Both the position numbers and the translations under genes were made by a program. A stretch of 64,000 bases of DNA from Gammaproteobacteria bacterium (GTDB lineage: Bacteria; Pseudomonadota; Gammaproteobacteria; Eutrophobiales; Eutrophobiaceae), in contig JBHIXH010000006.1 of NCBI GenBank assembly GCA_041984885.1, positions 4,968 through 68,967 on the forward strand. Direction: 5' to 3'. The notes beneath the pieces are model-generated. The model was not told the origin of the DNA. It did no database searches and saw only the letters and a program-made list of their open reading frames with translations. Within the stretch, counting starts at the first letter, position 1. Each line of letters opens with the position of its first letter. Positions 34,912-45,922 of the stretch are shown one piece after another.

Positions 34912-35772
34912 TCAGGTGGTGTCTTCGTTGACTGTTGACGGCGGTTCAAGCTTGATAAAACGCATTAAGTGGATACGCCGTTGATCCGAACGCAGGATTT
35001 TTATATTGACACCATCTGTTTCCAGTGTTTCGCCCCGTTTCGGCAAATGACCGAACCGGTTCAATACAAAACCGCCAATCGTATCGAATTCTTCTGTCGG
35101 TAACTCAAGCCGGAAATAGTCGTTGATCTCCTGTAATGGTGTGATTGCCCTGATCGTGTAGCGGTTACGCCCATGCTGGTGAATCATGTTTTCATCTTCA
35201 AAATCATGTTCGTCTTCTATCTCACCAACGATTTCCTCGATCACATCCTCAATCGTAACAATACCGGCAACGTTGACATATTCATCGACAATGATCGCCA
35301 TATGGTTACGATTTGCCCTGAATTCCCGTAGTAATACATTCAGGCGCTTGCTTTCAGGCACGAATACCGCCGGACGCATCAGGTCCTTTATTTCGAACTC
35401 TTCTTCTTCATCCGAATTAAACGTGGCCAGCAGATCCTTGGCCAGCAGGATCCCTGTGACTTCATCTTTATGACCACTGATCACGGGAAAGCGTGAATGT
35501 CCGGATTCGATTACAGTCTCGAGTATTTCTTCGGGTGCAGCATTGTCCTCAATGACGACCATTTGTACGCGTGGCACCATGATATCGCGTACGCGTTGCT
35601 CACAGACTTGCAGTACACCCTCGATCATGGCGACTTCATCAGGCTGCAACAGGTTGTCATCCCCGGATTGATGAATGAAGTCGATAAACGACTCCCTATC
35701 GGAGGGCATGCCGGAGATGCGATTGATCAGTCGTTGAATAAAACCGATCGTCTGGGTTTGTTCGTCAGCCAT
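34912..35772 (-). CDS. corC: CBS-pair / CorC_HlyC domain Mg/Co efflux-associated protein
   Basis: Two CBS domains plus a transporter-associated C-terminal domain. Conserved position before lnt. Confidence 0.85.
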   Translation of the reverse strand: MADEQTQTIGFIQRLINRISGMPSDRESFIDFIHQSGDDNLLQPDEVAMIEGVLQVCEQRVRDIMVPRVQMVVIEDNAAPEEILETVIESGHSRFPVISGHKDEVTGILLAKDLLATFNSDEEEEFEIKDLMRPAVFVPESKRLNVLLREFRANRNHMAIIVDEYVNVAGIVTIEDVIEEIVGEIEDEHDFEDENMIHQHGRNRYTIRAITPLQEINDYFRLELPTEEFDTIGGFVLNRFGHLPKRGETLETDGVNIKILRSDQRRIHLMRFIKLEPPSTVNEDTT

Positions 35773-36230
35773 CAGTGATCAGCGATCACATAAGGATCGG
35801 CGTAGCCAAGTTGTTGCATGAGTTTACATTCCAGTAGTTCCATTTTTTTTGCGTCTTCGTTTTCTACATGATCATAACCGAGCAGGTGCAGGGTGCCATG
35901 CATGACAAGGTGTGCCCAGTGGGCTTCTAGCGTCTTTCCCTGTGCTTTTGCCTCACGATTCACAACCGGGACACTGATGACGATGTCGCCGATGACCCGA
36001 TCTGACTGCAGGTTGTCATCGTTATACAGGAAAGATAAAACATTCGTTGTATGATCCTTGTTTCGATAGCGTTGATTCAGTTCAGTGATCTCGGCCTCAT
36101 CCACCAGGCGCACGGTGATTTCGGCATGACATTGCTGGTTATCGAGCACAAGTGAAATCCAGTCATAAAACCGGCTCTCCGCCGGGCAGTCGCTATCGGT
36201 ACTGATAGTTTGCAGTGTCAGCTCAAGCAT
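35772..36230 (-). CDS. ybeY: rRNA maturation endoribonuclease YbeY
   Basis: HGTLHLLGYDH zinc-binding motif. Confidence 0.9.
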   Translation of the reverse strand: MLELTLQTISTDSDCPAESRFYDWISLVLDNQQCHAEITVRLVDEAEITELNQRYRNKDHTTNVLSFLYNDDNLQSDRVIGDIVISVPVVNREAKAQGKTLEAHWAHLVMHGTLHLLGYDHVENEDAKKMELLECKLMQQLGYADPYVIADH

Positions 36231-37216
36231 CAGTCTTTGTCCGTTTGACCGGATTCGTGTTTTTCATACGCGTTCAGAATGCGGGCAACAAGCGGATGAC
36301 GCACGACATCAACAGATTTAAACCAGGTAAAACTGATGCCCTCCTGTTCATCAAGTATATCGATGACGTGTTTCAGACCGGAGTTTTTGCCATTCGGTAA
36401 ATCAATCTGGGTAATATCCCCGGTGATGACCGCGGTTGAGCCGAAACCAATTCGGGTCAAAAACATTTTCATCTGTTCATTCGTCGTATTTTGTGCCTCG
36501 TCGAGAATCACGAACGATTCATTCAGCGTGCGGCCACGCATAAATGCGAGCGGTGCGATCTCGATCACGTTGCGCTCGATAAACTTCGCGACTTTTTCAA
36601 AGCCAAGCATCTCGTATAACGCGTCATACAACGGGCGTAAGTATGGATCGACTTTCTGTACCAGGTCGCCGGGCAAAAAGCCGAGACGTTCGCCTGCCTC
36701 GACGGCAGGGCGTACCAGAACCAGTCGACGTGCCCGTTCCTGTTCCAGCGCGGCCACTGCCGAGGCGACGGCAAGATAGGTCTTGCCGGTACCGGCCGGA
36801 CCAATGCCAAAGTTGATATCGTTTTCCTGGATGCTCTTTATATAACGTCGCTGATTCGGACTTCTGCCCTTGATAACCTGCCGCCTGATCTTGATTAACA
36901 CTTCCTTGTCACGTTGTTTGTCCAGTGGCATCGCGTGGGTGGCCTCCTGCAAAAACAGGTGTACACGTTCCGGTGACAATGTTTCTTCACCGGTGCTGTC
37001 ATACAGTTCACGGATCAGTTGTTCGGCCAGCGTGGTGGATTCCGCTGACCCGCTCAGGCTGAAACTGTTACCACGGTTACTGATGCTGACACCAATGCGT
37101 TTTTCCACCTGGCGCAGGTGTTCGTCCAGCGGTCCGCACAGATTCGCAAGTCGTTCGTTATCGACCGGTGATAACACCAGATCGATCCGGCTTTGTTCGA
37201 CTGTGGATTGGCTCAA
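36230..37216 (-). CDS. ybeZ: PhoH-like ATPase
   Basis: [13 protein letters not shown] Walker A. miaB-ybeZ-ybeY-corC-lnt synteny. Confidence 0.9.
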   Translation of the reverse strand: MSQSTVEQSRIDLVLSPVDNERLANLCGPLDEHLRQVEKRIGVSISNRGNSFSLSGSAESTTLAEQLIRELYDSTGEETLSPERVHLFLQEATHAMPLDKQRDKEVLIKIRRQVIKGRSPNQRRYIKSIQENDINFGIGPAGTGKTYLAVASAVAALEQERARRLVLVRPAVEAGERLGFLPGDLVQKVDPYLRPLYDALYEMLGFEKVAKFIERNVIEIAPLAFMRGRTLNESFVILDEAQNTTNEQMKMFLTRIGFGSTAVITGDITQIDLPNGKNSGLKHVIDILDEQEGISFTWFKSVDVVRHPLVARILNAYEKHESGQTDKD

Positions 37217-38586
37217 GGAGAGATCAGTACCGGTTCGTTGGCAGTAACAGTGGTGGCGGTGGTCGTGACGGGTTCGCCACGGAGTGAATTCGGTAATGCC
37301 TCTGTGATCTTCAGCGTGACAAAATTTCCAATCAACGAGCTGTCACCGTAGAAATTCACGATACGGTTGTTTTCCGTACGGCCACAGATTTGCTGCGGGT
37401 TCTTTCTGGCCGGGCCTTCGACCAGGATCGTCTGCTCGGTGCCAACCATGCTTTCACTGATCGCTGTGGCCATCTGGTTGATGCGGTTTTGCAATAGCTG
37501 CAGGCGTTCTTTTTTTACCGGCATCGGTGTGTCATCCGGCAGGTTCGCCGCCGGCGTTCCCGGGCGGGCGCTGTAGATAAAGCTGAACGACTGATCGTAA
37601 CCAATGTCTGCGATCAGGTTCATCGTTGCCTCGAAGTCGGCTGCGGTCTCGCCGGGAAAACCCACGATAAAATCCGATGACAGGCTGATGTCCGGTCGTA
37701 TCTGTCGCAGTTTACGTATGCGTGACTTGTATTCGAGAATGGTGTGGTTGCGTTTCATCAGGGCAAGCACACGATCGGAACCGCTTTGTACCGGTAGATG
37801 CAAATGATTAACGAGTTGTGGTACCCGTGCATAGACATCGATCAGGGCATCGGTAAATTCCATTGGATGTGACGTGGTATAACGAATGCGGTCGATACCA
37901 TCAATGACGGCAACGTATTCAATCAATCGGGCAAAGTCGCAAATCTCGCCGGTATGCATCTCACCGCGATACGCGTTGACATTCTGACCCAGCAGTGTGA
38001 CTTCGCGCACGCCCTGTTCGGCCAGTTGCACAACCTCGGTCAACACATCATCCAGCGGCCGGCTGATCTCCTCACCGCGGGTGTATGGCACGACACAAAA
38101 CGTACAATACTTGCTGCAACCTTCCATGATGGAAACAAATGCAGTCGGGCCTTCGGCGCGTGGTTCGGGTAAACGATCAAACTTTTCGATCTCCGGAAAG
38201 CTGATATCAACGACCGGTTTTTTCCGGGTTAATACGTCTTCGTACATCTCCGGCAGGCGGTGCAGTGTCTGTGGCCCGAAGATCATGTCGACGTACGGTG
38301 CCCGTTGCCAGATTTGATCGCCTTCCTGGCTGGCGACACAACCGCCGACACCAATGACCAGGCCCGGATTCTTTTCTTTCAACAGGCGCCAGCGGCCGAG
38401 TTCGGAAAACAGTTTTTCCTGCGCCTTTTCCCGTATCGAACAGGTGTTAAACAGGATGACATCGGCATCGGCGGCTTCGGTCGTCGGTTCGAGCGCGTGC
38501 GACTGCCGCAGCACATCGTGCATCTTGTCAGAATCGTATTCGTTCATCTGGCAACCGAACGTCTTGACGAAAAGTTTTCCTGCCAT
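37213..38586 (-). CDS. miaB: tRNA-i6A37 methylthiotransferase MiaB (ATG at 38586; longer ORF to 38637 rejected)
   Basis: N-terminal Cys triad (FGCQMN...C...C), radical SAM CxxxCxxC (CSKYCTFC), and a TRAM domain. Confidence 0.9.
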   Translation of the reverse strand: MAGKLFVKTFGCQMNEYDSDKMHDVLRQSHALEPTTEAADADVILFNTCSIREKAQEKLFSELGRWRLLKEKNPGLVIGVGGCVASQEGDQIWQRAPYVDMIFGPQTLHRLPEMYEDVLTRKKPVVDISFPEIEKFDRLPEPRAEGPTAFVSIMEGCSKYCTFCVVPYTRGEEISRPLDDVLTEVVQLAEQGVREVTLLGQNVNAYRGEMHTGEICDFARLIEYVAVIDGIDRIRYTTSHPMEFTDALIDVYARVPQLVNHLHLPVQSGSDRVLALMKRNHTILEYKSRIRKLRQIRPDISLSSDFIVGFPGETAADFEATMNLIADIGYDQSFSFIYSARPGTPAANLPDDTPMPVKKERLQLLQNRINQMATAISESMVGTEQTILVEGPARKNPQQICGRTENNRIVNFYGDSSLIGNFVTLKITEALPNSLRGEPVTTTATTVTANEPVLISP

Positions 38587-38745
38587 GCGTAACCTGAAAT
38601 TTATAACTAATTGATAATTATAGTAAAAAGTTCGCAATAGACTCGATATGAAGAAGCAATTGCGAAACGGCCGGTTACGTTACACGTTCTGCGACGAGTT
38701 TTCCAGACATTCAGACCTGCGTAAGCTAATAATTTTGCAGGGATT

Positions 38746-39168
38746 TTACGATTTTAGTTCAGACTCGAGTTGCTTGATCCGGGCCAGCGCCTGATCGCGG
38801 GATTTCGCGGCATCGGTCAGCTCGGCCAGCGCCTCAAATGCGGATGACTCGGCATGCTCGGCTCGCTCGATCAAGGCCTCCCGTTGTTTACTCAAATTCA
38901 ACTCCTGCCGACTTGGCCCGAACAGCTTTCTCAGCCAGTCACGCAGCGCCGGCTGGTGGGAATGTATGATCGACTCCAGTTCTTTCTCGTATTCGTTGTC
39001 GGCTTCACCGGAGCGGGCAAGAAATGCGACCAGTTCACTGCGCAACTGACTGATCTGCTCGGAATCAAAATGGTCCTGTAACTGGTACAGCTCGACCAGC
39101 GACAACAGGCTTTTGATCAAGCGTGCTTTTTTGTATCCGTCAGCAGTGTCCGGAATGGTCAGGGACAT
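38746..39168 (-). CDS. Hypothetical acidic coiled-coil protein
   Basis: 140-aa ORF lying between miaB and the ModE-like regulator. Confidence 0.45.
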   Translation of the reverse strand: MSLTIPDTADGYKKARLIKSLLSLVELYQLQDHFDSEQISQLRSELVAFLARSGEADNEYEKELESIIHSHQPALRDWLRKLFGPSRQELNLSKQREALIERAEHAESSAFEALAELTDAAKSRDQALARIKQLESELKS

Positions 39169-39201
39169 GGGTTAGTCAATTATTTCTCGTTGTCTACGAT
39201 T

Positions 39202-40272
39202 TTAAGCGAAAAGTCGCTGCAACGGCACCGTTTTACCGGACTGACTGCAATCATAACCGGCTATCCTTGCCGAATATTTCTGAAATTCAACCGAGTTCAA
39301 TTGCTCGATCAGTTGTTTGCGGAATGGTTTATTCAGTTGCGGCGCCAGTGCCAGGCAGTATTGTTCCCGCACCAGCGGGATAAATCCAAGTTTAAACCTG
39401 TCCGCTGCGGCTTTCAGTCCGATACCGACATCGGCCGCGCCACTGGCCACCATCGCGGCCACTGCCAGGTGGGTATATTCCTCATTCACATAACCATTGA
39501 TGTCCTGACTCCTGATACTTTCCTGTTGCAAAAGCGAATCCAGGAGTATGCGCGTGCCGGATTCCTGTTGTCGGTTGATAAAACGCACCGAGCGCCGCGT
39601 TAAATTGGCAAGCCGGTGAATCTTTTTCGGATTGCCTTTCTGCACGATCAACCCCTGTTCGCGGATTGCCAGCTTGATACAACTGGCGTGGGCAAGGCGC
39701 AGATAGTGATGAAACTGCTCCAGTTCTGCACCGGCGTATTTCTCCACAGGAAAATGAAAACCGGCGACATCACACTCGTGGTTGGCCAGCGCGCGCAGAT
39801 TATTCAGGCTGCCTCGAACCTGCACGCTAAATGCTGTTTTACTAATCTCGCGTACTCGCTTGAGCAGCTGTTCCAGCAGCAGGTCATGACTGATGAAGAC
39901 ACGCAGTGTGGCATTCGCGGCATGCTGTTGCAGGTGCTGCAGGCTGGAATTGATGCGCGAGGAATGCTCTTCCAGCAGGGACGCCAGTTGCGTGCGAACC
40001 TCTGTATCTTCAATTATCAGGGTCTGACTGAATTCACTCAGGCTCGCTCCCTGTTTTCGTCCCCGGTCAGCCTGTACCAGGGGTTGCTGAAAGTGGTGTT
40101 CCCATTCGCGTAGCAAGCCCCAGGCAAAGCGATACGACACGCCAATGGATTTTGCGGCCTGGCGTATCGAACCGGTTGAATGAATTTCACTTAATAATGC
40201 AAGCAAACGGGCGTCAATCGCCAACTTGTCGTTGCCCTCGAAACGCCAATGCAGATCCAGCCTAATATGCAT
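39202..40272 (-). CDS. ModE-like winged-HTH regulator fused to periplasmic-binding-protein-like (oxyanion-binding) domain
   Basis: N-terminal domain resembles the ModE HTH (SIRQAAKSIGVSYRFAWGLL). The C-terminal roughly 230 aa are PBP-like. Divergent from the porin and tupABC. Confidence 0.6.
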   Translation of the reverse strand: MHIRLDLHWRFEGNDKLAIDARLLALLSEIHSTGSIRQAAKSIGVSYRFAWGLLREWEHHFQQPLVQADRGRKQGASLSEFSQTLIIEDTEVRTQLASLLEEHSSRINSSLQHLQQHAANATLRVFISHDLLLEQLLKRVREISKTAFSVQVRGSLNNLRALANHECDVAGFHFPVEKYAGAELEQFHHYLRLAHASCIKLAIREQGLIVQKGNPKKIHRLANLTRRSVRFINRQQESGTRILLDSLLQQESIRSQDINGYVNEEYTHLAVAAMVASGAADVGIGLKAAADRFKLGFIPLVREQYCLALAPQLNKPFRKQLIEQLNSVEFQKYSARIAGYDCSQSGKTVPLQRLFA

Positions 40273-40361
40273 AGATAAACATATTACAGTTTATAAATAG
40301 ATGTATAAAATAATAAAAATAATAATAACAGGCAAAACTTTGCATATTAAGGGGTGAAAAA

Positions 40362-41699
40362 ATGAAATATATATATCGTATTCTTTTCTGTCTGTGTCTG
40401 GCTCCGGTGGCGACTGCGGCCGAGAATCAGGCCTTGATGCAGTTACTGAAGGCGCTACATGAAAACGGCACGATTGATGAGCAAACCTATGAACTGGTGA
40501 CGCGCGTCGCCGACCAGGAATCGCTGGCACAACAGCAGCAGGTGAAGCAGGTAGCGAAAACCGAGTCAGAGCGTACGGCCAGGGAAACCGTCAAACAGGA
40601 AATCAGCCAGAACGTCAGTTTGAATAAAAATACCGGGCCGTCGGTACGACTCGGTGGTCGTATCCAGGTTGATGCGGCTGCGTATGACGGTGATGTCAGC
40701 AGTCATAATGATGGTACCGAGATACGCCGGGCACGATTGTTTGCCAGTGGCAGCCTGACCGATAACTGGAAGTACAAATTACAATACGATTTTACCAGTA
40801 CCGGCAACAGCGGCATTCAGGATGCCTATCTCGATTACGCCGGCCTTGACTGGTTTGACATCCGCCTCGGCCATTTTAAAGAGCCGTTCAGTTTGCAGAA
40901 CATGACCAGCTCCAAGTACATCACGTTCATGGAACGTGGCATGCCGCATGTTTTTGCCGAGGGACGCAACCTTGGTCTGCAGTTACACACGGGCGGAGAT
41001 AACTGGAATCTTTACGGCGGGGTATTTGGTGATGGCCGGGATGGCGCGGCCAGCGATAACGATGAAGGAATGGGCGTGTCCGGTCGTGCTACCTGGGCCC
41101 CATTAAAGTCAGAGCAGCAGTTGGTACACCTGGGGTTATCTGCGTCCTGGCGTGAAACCGGATCTGTCGACACCTTACGTTTTCGTGAACGACCGGAGTC
41201 CCATGTCACCGATACCCGGCTGGTGGACACCGGTACGTTTGATGCGGATTCATTCACACGTTATGTCGCCGAAGCAGCCTGGGTCTATGGACCGTTCAAC
41301 CTGCAGGGGGAGTATTACCACACTGTTGTTGATCGTGAAATCACGGGTAATTCAGATCTGGATTTTAACGGTTTTTATCTGGAAGGCGGCTGGTTTATTA
41401 CCGGCGAATCGATGAACTACAAACAGTCGGGAAGTTTCGGTCGTGTTAAACCGAATGCCTATGTCGGACAGGGTGGCATCGGTGCCTGGCAGTTGGCAAC
41501 GCGTTTCAGCAATCTGGATCTGACCGACGAGGATATCACCGGTGGCGAGATTGACAGCTTCACCGTTGGCCTTAACTGGTATGCGACACCGGATATCCGT
41601 TTCACTGCCAACTATATCAACGTGCTGGAAGTCGATGGCGGCGGGGCGGATGGTGATGAACCGAATGTGTTCCAGGTGCGAGCCCAGGTGGAATTCTGA
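40362..41699 (+). CDS. Anion-selective porin, OprO/OprP (porin_O_P) family
   Basis: Signal peptide and beta-barrel signature similar to Pseudomonas OprP (RLGGRIQVDAAAYDGD..., C-terminal VRAQVEF). Confidence 0.75.
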   Translation: MKYIYRILFCLCLAPVATAAENQALMQLLKALHENGTIDEQTYELVTRVADQESLAQQQQVKQVAKTESERTARETVKQEISQNVSLNKNTGPSVRLGGRIQVDAAAYDGDVSSHNDGTEIRRARLFASGSLTDNWKYKLQYDFTSTGNSGIQDAYLDYAGLDWFDIRLGHFKEPFSLQNMTSSKYITFMERGMPHVFAEGRNLGLQLHTGGDNWNLYGGVFGDGRDGAASDNDEGMGVSGRATWAPLKSEQQLVHLGLSASWRETGSVDTLRFRERPESHVTDTRLVDTGTFDADSFTRYVAEAAWVYGPFNLQGEYYHTVVDREITGNSDLDFNGFYLEGGWFITGESMNYKQSGSFGRVKPNAYVGQGGIGAWQLATRFSNLDLTDEDITGGEIDSFTVGLNWYATPDIRFTANYINVLEVDGGGADGDEPNVFQVRAQVEF

Positions 41700-41732
41700 T
41701 AAGTCATTTTAAAACGAACAGGAGCGGTAAAC

Positions 41733-42536
41733 ATGCGGTATAGAAATTTTGTAATTTTATTTTCACTACTGTTTTTGACAGTGAACGTACAGGCAGGTGA
41801 TCGTTTGCGTATGGCAACAACGACGAGTACGGATAATTCCGGTTTGTTGTCCGTCTTGCACCCACCGTTTGAACAGCAACAGGACATCAGGATCGATGTG
41901 ATCGCGGTCGGTACCGGCAAGGCATTACGACTGGGGCAGCAGGGCGATGTGGATATTGTGTTTGTGCATGCACCTGCAGCCGAACAGAAATTTGTTGATT
42001 CCGGTTATGGTGTCGAACGGTTGCCGGTCATGCATAATGATTTCGTCATCATCGGACCAGAAGATGATCCGGCAGGTATGTCCGGCGTGAATGACGCAGG
42101 CCAGGCATTAAAGAAAATGGCCGAGTCGCAGCAAGTCTTTATTTCACGTGGTGATGATTCCGGTACGCATAAAAAGGAAATGGCACTCTGGCAGTCAGCC
42201 GGCATGCAGCCGGGTGGTGACTGGTACCTGGCGGTGGGTCAGGGTATGGGGGCGGTGTTGAAAATAGCAGACGACAAACAGGCATACACGCTGACCGATC
42301 GCGGTACTTTTCTCGCTTACAAGGACAAGATAAGTCTGAAAGTCCTGATCGAGGGTGATGCAGCGTTATTCAATCCATACCACATAATTATGGTTAACCC
42401 GGATAAACATTCACATGTTAATTCTGCAGCCGCACAGGCTTATATCGAGTTTATCCGTAGCGAACAGGGCCAGGCGATCATTCGCGATTACAGGGTCAAC
42501 GGTGAGCAATTGTTTCATCCGGACGTGATTGAATGA
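41733..42536 (+). CDS. tupA: Tungstate ABC transporter substrate-binding protein TupA
   Basis: Signal peptide and the TupA-diagnostic TTTST motif (RMATTTSTDNSGLL). Confidence 0.8.
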   Translation: MRYRNFVILFSLLFLTVNVQAGDRLRMATTTSTDNSGLLSVLHPPFEQQQDIRIDVIAVGTGKALRLGQQGDVDIVFVHAPAAEQKFVDSGYGVERLPVMHNDFVIIGPEDDPAGMSGVNDAGQALKKMAESQQVFISRGDDSGTHKKEMALWQSAGMQPGGDWYLAVGQGMGAVLKIADDKQAYTLTDRGTFLAYKDKISLKVLIEGDAALFNPYHIIMVNPDKHSHVNSAAAQAYIEFIRSEQGQAIIRDYRVNGEQLFHPDVIE

Positions 42537-42570
42537 GTTTGTCTAAATCAATCAATGCTAATATTGGCGC

Positions 42571-43263
42571 GTGGATTATTTTCTCTACGCGCTGACCAGC
42601 GCGTTTCAACTTATCTTCGGTCTTGATAGTGAAGTCTTTGTTATCGCATCGACTTCACTATTGATATCGACTATCGCAACCTTGCTGGCTGCGGGAGTCT
42701 CGATCCCGGCCGGTATTTTCCTGTCTTTGAACGAGTTTCGTGGCAAGCGATTACTGCTGAACATACTGAATACTTTAATGGCGTTACCCACTGTTGTCGT
42801 CGGTTTGTTCCTGTATGGCCTGTTGACGCGACAGGGCCCGGCAGGCGATCTGGGGCTGTTATACACACCGGCGGCCATGGTGCTCGGCCAGTTCATCCTG
42901 ATTACGCCCATCATTACGAATCTGACGCAATCAACGGTTTCTTCTGCTGATCCGCGTTTACTGCAGACATGCCTGTCACTGGGTGCGAATCGATGGCAAC
43001 AGCTGACGGTGTTCACAGTTGAACTTCGACTCGGACTGATGGCAGCGGTCGTTGCCGGTTTCGGGCGGGCGATTGGCGAGGTTGGTGTGGCGATGATGCT
43101 CGGTGGCAACATTGAAGGTTATACACGAACGATGACAACAGCGATCGCTCTGGAAACCAGCAAAGGTGAATTTGAACTGGCGTTGGCACTGGGGATATTA
43201 CTGCTGGTTGTTGCGTTTATCGTCAATGGTCTGCTATTTCGATTGCAGAGGCGACCGACGTGA
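42571..43263 (+). CDS. tupB: Tungstate ABC transporter permease TupB
   Basis: Five to six transmembrane helices and the ABC permease EAA-like region. Confidence 0.8.
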   Translation: MDYFLYALTSAFQLIFGLDSEVFVIASTSLLISTIATLLAAGVSIPAGIFLSLNEFRGKRLLLNILNTLMALPTVVVGLFLYGLLTRQGPAGDLGLLYTPAAMVLGQFILITPIITNLTQSTVSSADPRLLQTCLSLGANRWQQLTVFTVELRLGLMAAVVAGFGRAIGEVGVAMMLGGNIEGYTRTMTTAIALETSKGEFELALALGILLLVVAFIVNGLLFRLQRRPT

Positions 43264-44255
43264 CACAACTTTATTCAGTCAAACAACTGTCGTTTGCGTA
43301 TGAGAGAGAAAATATTCTTGACGTTAACGAATTTGAAATCAGCAGCAACAGCGTCACGGCGATTACCGGGGCGAATGGATCCGGCAAGACAACCCTGTTA
43401 AATCTGTTTGCCTTACTCCGGCTGCCCACCAGTGGCAGCCTGTCATTCCGGTCACAAGTGGTCACGAAACAGAACCTGACAGCATTACGCCAGGATATCG
43501 GTTATGTGCAGCAGAAGCCCTACCTGCTGAACCGTAGCGTCTATGAAAATGTAGAACTTGGTCTGAAGTTCAGGGGTATACCTGCCAGCGAGCGAGCACA
43601 AACCGTACGGGCTATTCTGCAAAAGACGGACATAATGCAGCTGGCCGATCGTCATGCCCACACACTGTCCGGCGGCGAATCGCAGAAGGTGGCAATTGCC
43701 CGTGCCCTGGTCCTGCAGCCTTCAGTATTGATCCTTGACGAACCGTTTTCTCATCTTGATCGCAGGGCAGTGCAGTTTTTTGAAAAATTCATTCACTCGT
43801 TACGACATAGTATTGGTGTAACGATAATATTCTCCAGTCACGATCCGATCGCGGCACAGCTGTTGTCGGATAATGTTTATAGCGTTGTTCACGGACGACT
43901 CATAGCCAGTACGATGACAAATCTGTTTTTCGGTCATGTCGATGCCAATAATCGATTATTCAAAACAGAAAAAATACAGATTCACATTCCGGAGAATGCA
44001 GGGGTCGGATCACATTTAACGATTGACCCGAATCACCTCGTCCTCTCCCGCAACAAGCTGGATTCGAGTATGCGCAATCAATTTCAGGGCAGCGTAATCG
44101 CGGTAAACCAGCAGCGTTCACAAATTCGATTAACCATCAATGCCGGTGAGAAGTTTGATGTCCTGATCACCGCTGATGCAATGCAGGATATGGATATCCG
44201 CTTCGGGGATCCCGTCTGGATCAGCTTCAAATCTTCCGCTGTCCGGGTTTTCTAG
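43260..44255 (+). CDS. tupC: Tungstate ABC transporter ATPase TupC with C-terminal TOBE/Mop domain
   Basis: Walker A GANGSGKTT, signature LSGGESQK, and a C-terminal TOBE-like beta domain. Confidence 0.8.
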   Translation: MTQLYSVKQLSFAYERENILDVNEFEISSNSVTAITGANGSGKTTLLNLFALLRLPTSGSLSFRSQVVTKQNLTALRQDIGYVQQKPYLLNRSVYENVELGLKFRGIPASERAQTVRAILQKTDIMQLADRHAHTLSGGESQKVAIARALVLQPSVLILDEPFSHLDRRAVQFFEKFIHSLRHSIGVTIIFSSHDPIAAQLLSDNVYSVVHGRLIASTMTNLFFGHVDANNRLFKTEKIQIHIPENAGVGSHLTIDPNHLVLSRNKLDSSMRNQFQGSVIAVNQQRSQIRLTINAGEKFDVLITADAMQDMDIRFGDPVWISFKSSAVRVF

Positions 44256-44340
44256 CCAAACGTGATGTTGTTCATTGCTCTCGGCCGGTCACATTTTTAT
44301 AATCCGGTTACCAGAACGCACAACAGACCGAAAAATATTA

Positions 44341-44979
44341 ATGAATATCGACAAGGCGTTACTCGACGAAGCAGAGAGTCTGTACGATCCTCGACTGGCA
44401 TACCATAAATTTGACCATATCAGGATGGTATTCGGCGAGGCGGACAGGATCCTCCAGCGCTGCAAGAAACATAATATCGAGGTGGATGAAAACGTCGTAT
44501 ACCTGGCCCTTTTATTTCACGATGCCGGTTTTATCGAAAACCATGCGCTGAAAGGGTTTGAGTCAAAAGAAGCCTATTCTGCCGATCTGGCCGGTCAGAT
44601 CCTGCCGAAACATAATTACCCCGATGAGACAGTGCGGCAGGTGCAACAGGCAATTATGTGTACCCACTGCGACCATCGATGCCAGTCGAATGAAGACAAG
44701 GTGGTCAAGGCAGCCGATCTTGCCGGATTGGCGGCGGACTTTGACTTTTTTCTGAAGAATACAGTCCGGCTCAGGGCCGAGTACGAGATGTTCAATCAGT
44801 CTGAAATCGAGTGGGAACACTGGAAGCAACTGGCGATAGATCGATTACGGATTTTTATCGAGGACGAAATGGAATTGACCGACGAGGAATTTGATGAAAA
44901 CGGCAATTCGTTATTTAAACTTGCGGTTGCTGAAAACATACAGCGATTACAAGAAGAGCCGGAACCCGACAGGACATAA
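44341..44979 (+). CDS. HD-domain phosphohydrolase (ATG 44341 preferred; ORF extends to TTG/ATG 44275)
   Basis: H...HD motif (HKFDHIRMV...LLFHDAGF). Confidence 0.7.
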   Translation: MNIDKALLDEAESLYDPRLAYHKFDHIRMVFGEADRILQRCKKHNIEVDENVVYLALLFHDAGFIENHALKGFESKEAYSADLAGQILPKHNYPDETVRQVQQAIMCTHCDHRCQSNEDKVVKAADLAGLAADFDFFLKNTVRLRAEYEMFNQSEIEWEHWKQLAIDRLRIFIEDEMELTDEEFDENGNSLFKLAVAENIQRLQEEPEPDRT

Positions 44980-44982
44980 TTA

Positions 44983-45810
44983 ATGATGGATCAGGAGCTG
45001 GAATCCGCACAACGGGCTGTCGATATTGCCAGCGAACTGGCAGTGAAATACGGATTTCAGTTCATCGCTGCGATCATCATATTGCTAGTCGGCTGGCAGA
45101 TAGCCAAATGGGTGGCGAAATTTGTCCTCAGACTGTGTGACAAGGCGAAGCTTGATATTACCCTGTCAAAATTCTTTGCCGGCGTTGCCAAGATCCTTGT
45201 GCTTGTCTTTGTCGTCATCATCGCACTGGGAAAATTCGGCATTACCATTGCACCATTTATCGCCGCACTCGGTGCGGTTGCCTTTGGTGGAACGCTGGCC
45301 CTGCAGGGCCTGTTATCGAATTATGCGGCCGGGCTCACGATTATCCTGACACGGCCGTTTGTTGTTAACGACACGATTAAGATACAGGGTGTGATTGGTG
45401 TCGTTGACGAGATTCGACTTGGTTACACCATGTTAAGCACGGAAGACGGTGAGCACGTGCTGGTTCCAAACAAGCAGATCGTCGGTGAGATCCTGCACAA
45501 TTCACATGAAAACATGATCGTTGAGTCGGTCGTTGGTATTGATTACAACGATGAGCCGGAGCCGGCTATACAGATCATCCGCGAGGTGCTGCAGGCGAAT
45601 GATAAGGTCAGTCATGATCCCGCACCGCAAGTCGGGGTACAGGCGTTCGGCGATTCATCAATTGATATCGGTTACCGTTACTGGGTACCGACAAAAGCCT
45701 ATTTTCAGACGCAATATCAGGTAAACGGCGAGGTGTATGCCCGGCTGATGGCAGCGAATATCACGATTCCCTATCCAAAGCGCGATGTGCAAATGACCCG
45801 GGCGGAATAA
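44983..45810 (+). CDS. mscS: Small-conductance mechanosensitive channel
   Basis: Three transmembrane helices plus the MscS beta-domain. Confidence 0.85.
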   Translation: MMDQELESAQRAVDIASELAVKYGFQFIAAIIILLVGWQIAKWVAKFVLRLCDKAKLDITLSKFFAGVAKILVLVFVVIIALGKFGITIAPFIAALGAVAFGGTLALQGLLSNYAAGLTIILTRPFVVNDTIKIQGVIGVVDEIRLGYTMLSTEDGEHVLVPNKQIVGEILHNSHENMIVESVVGIDYNDEPEPAIQIIREVLQANDKVSHDPAPQVGVQAFGDSSIDIGYRYWVPTKAYFQTQYQVNGEVYARLMAANITIPYPKRDVQMTRAE

Positions 45811-45922
45811 CTTTCGATAATTGGTTCAGGCGTTGTCACCGCAAGCACATAAACATTTAACATATTTGTAACATATTTACTCTAGTCTTCTGATCAATAT
45901 AAAAAAGTCAGAAGGTGAGAAT

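Noticed and set aside
38586-38637. N-terminal extension of miaB ([17 protein letters not shown]).
   Set aside because: The conserved MiaB N-terminus begins at [15 protein letters not shown]. The extension lacks homology.
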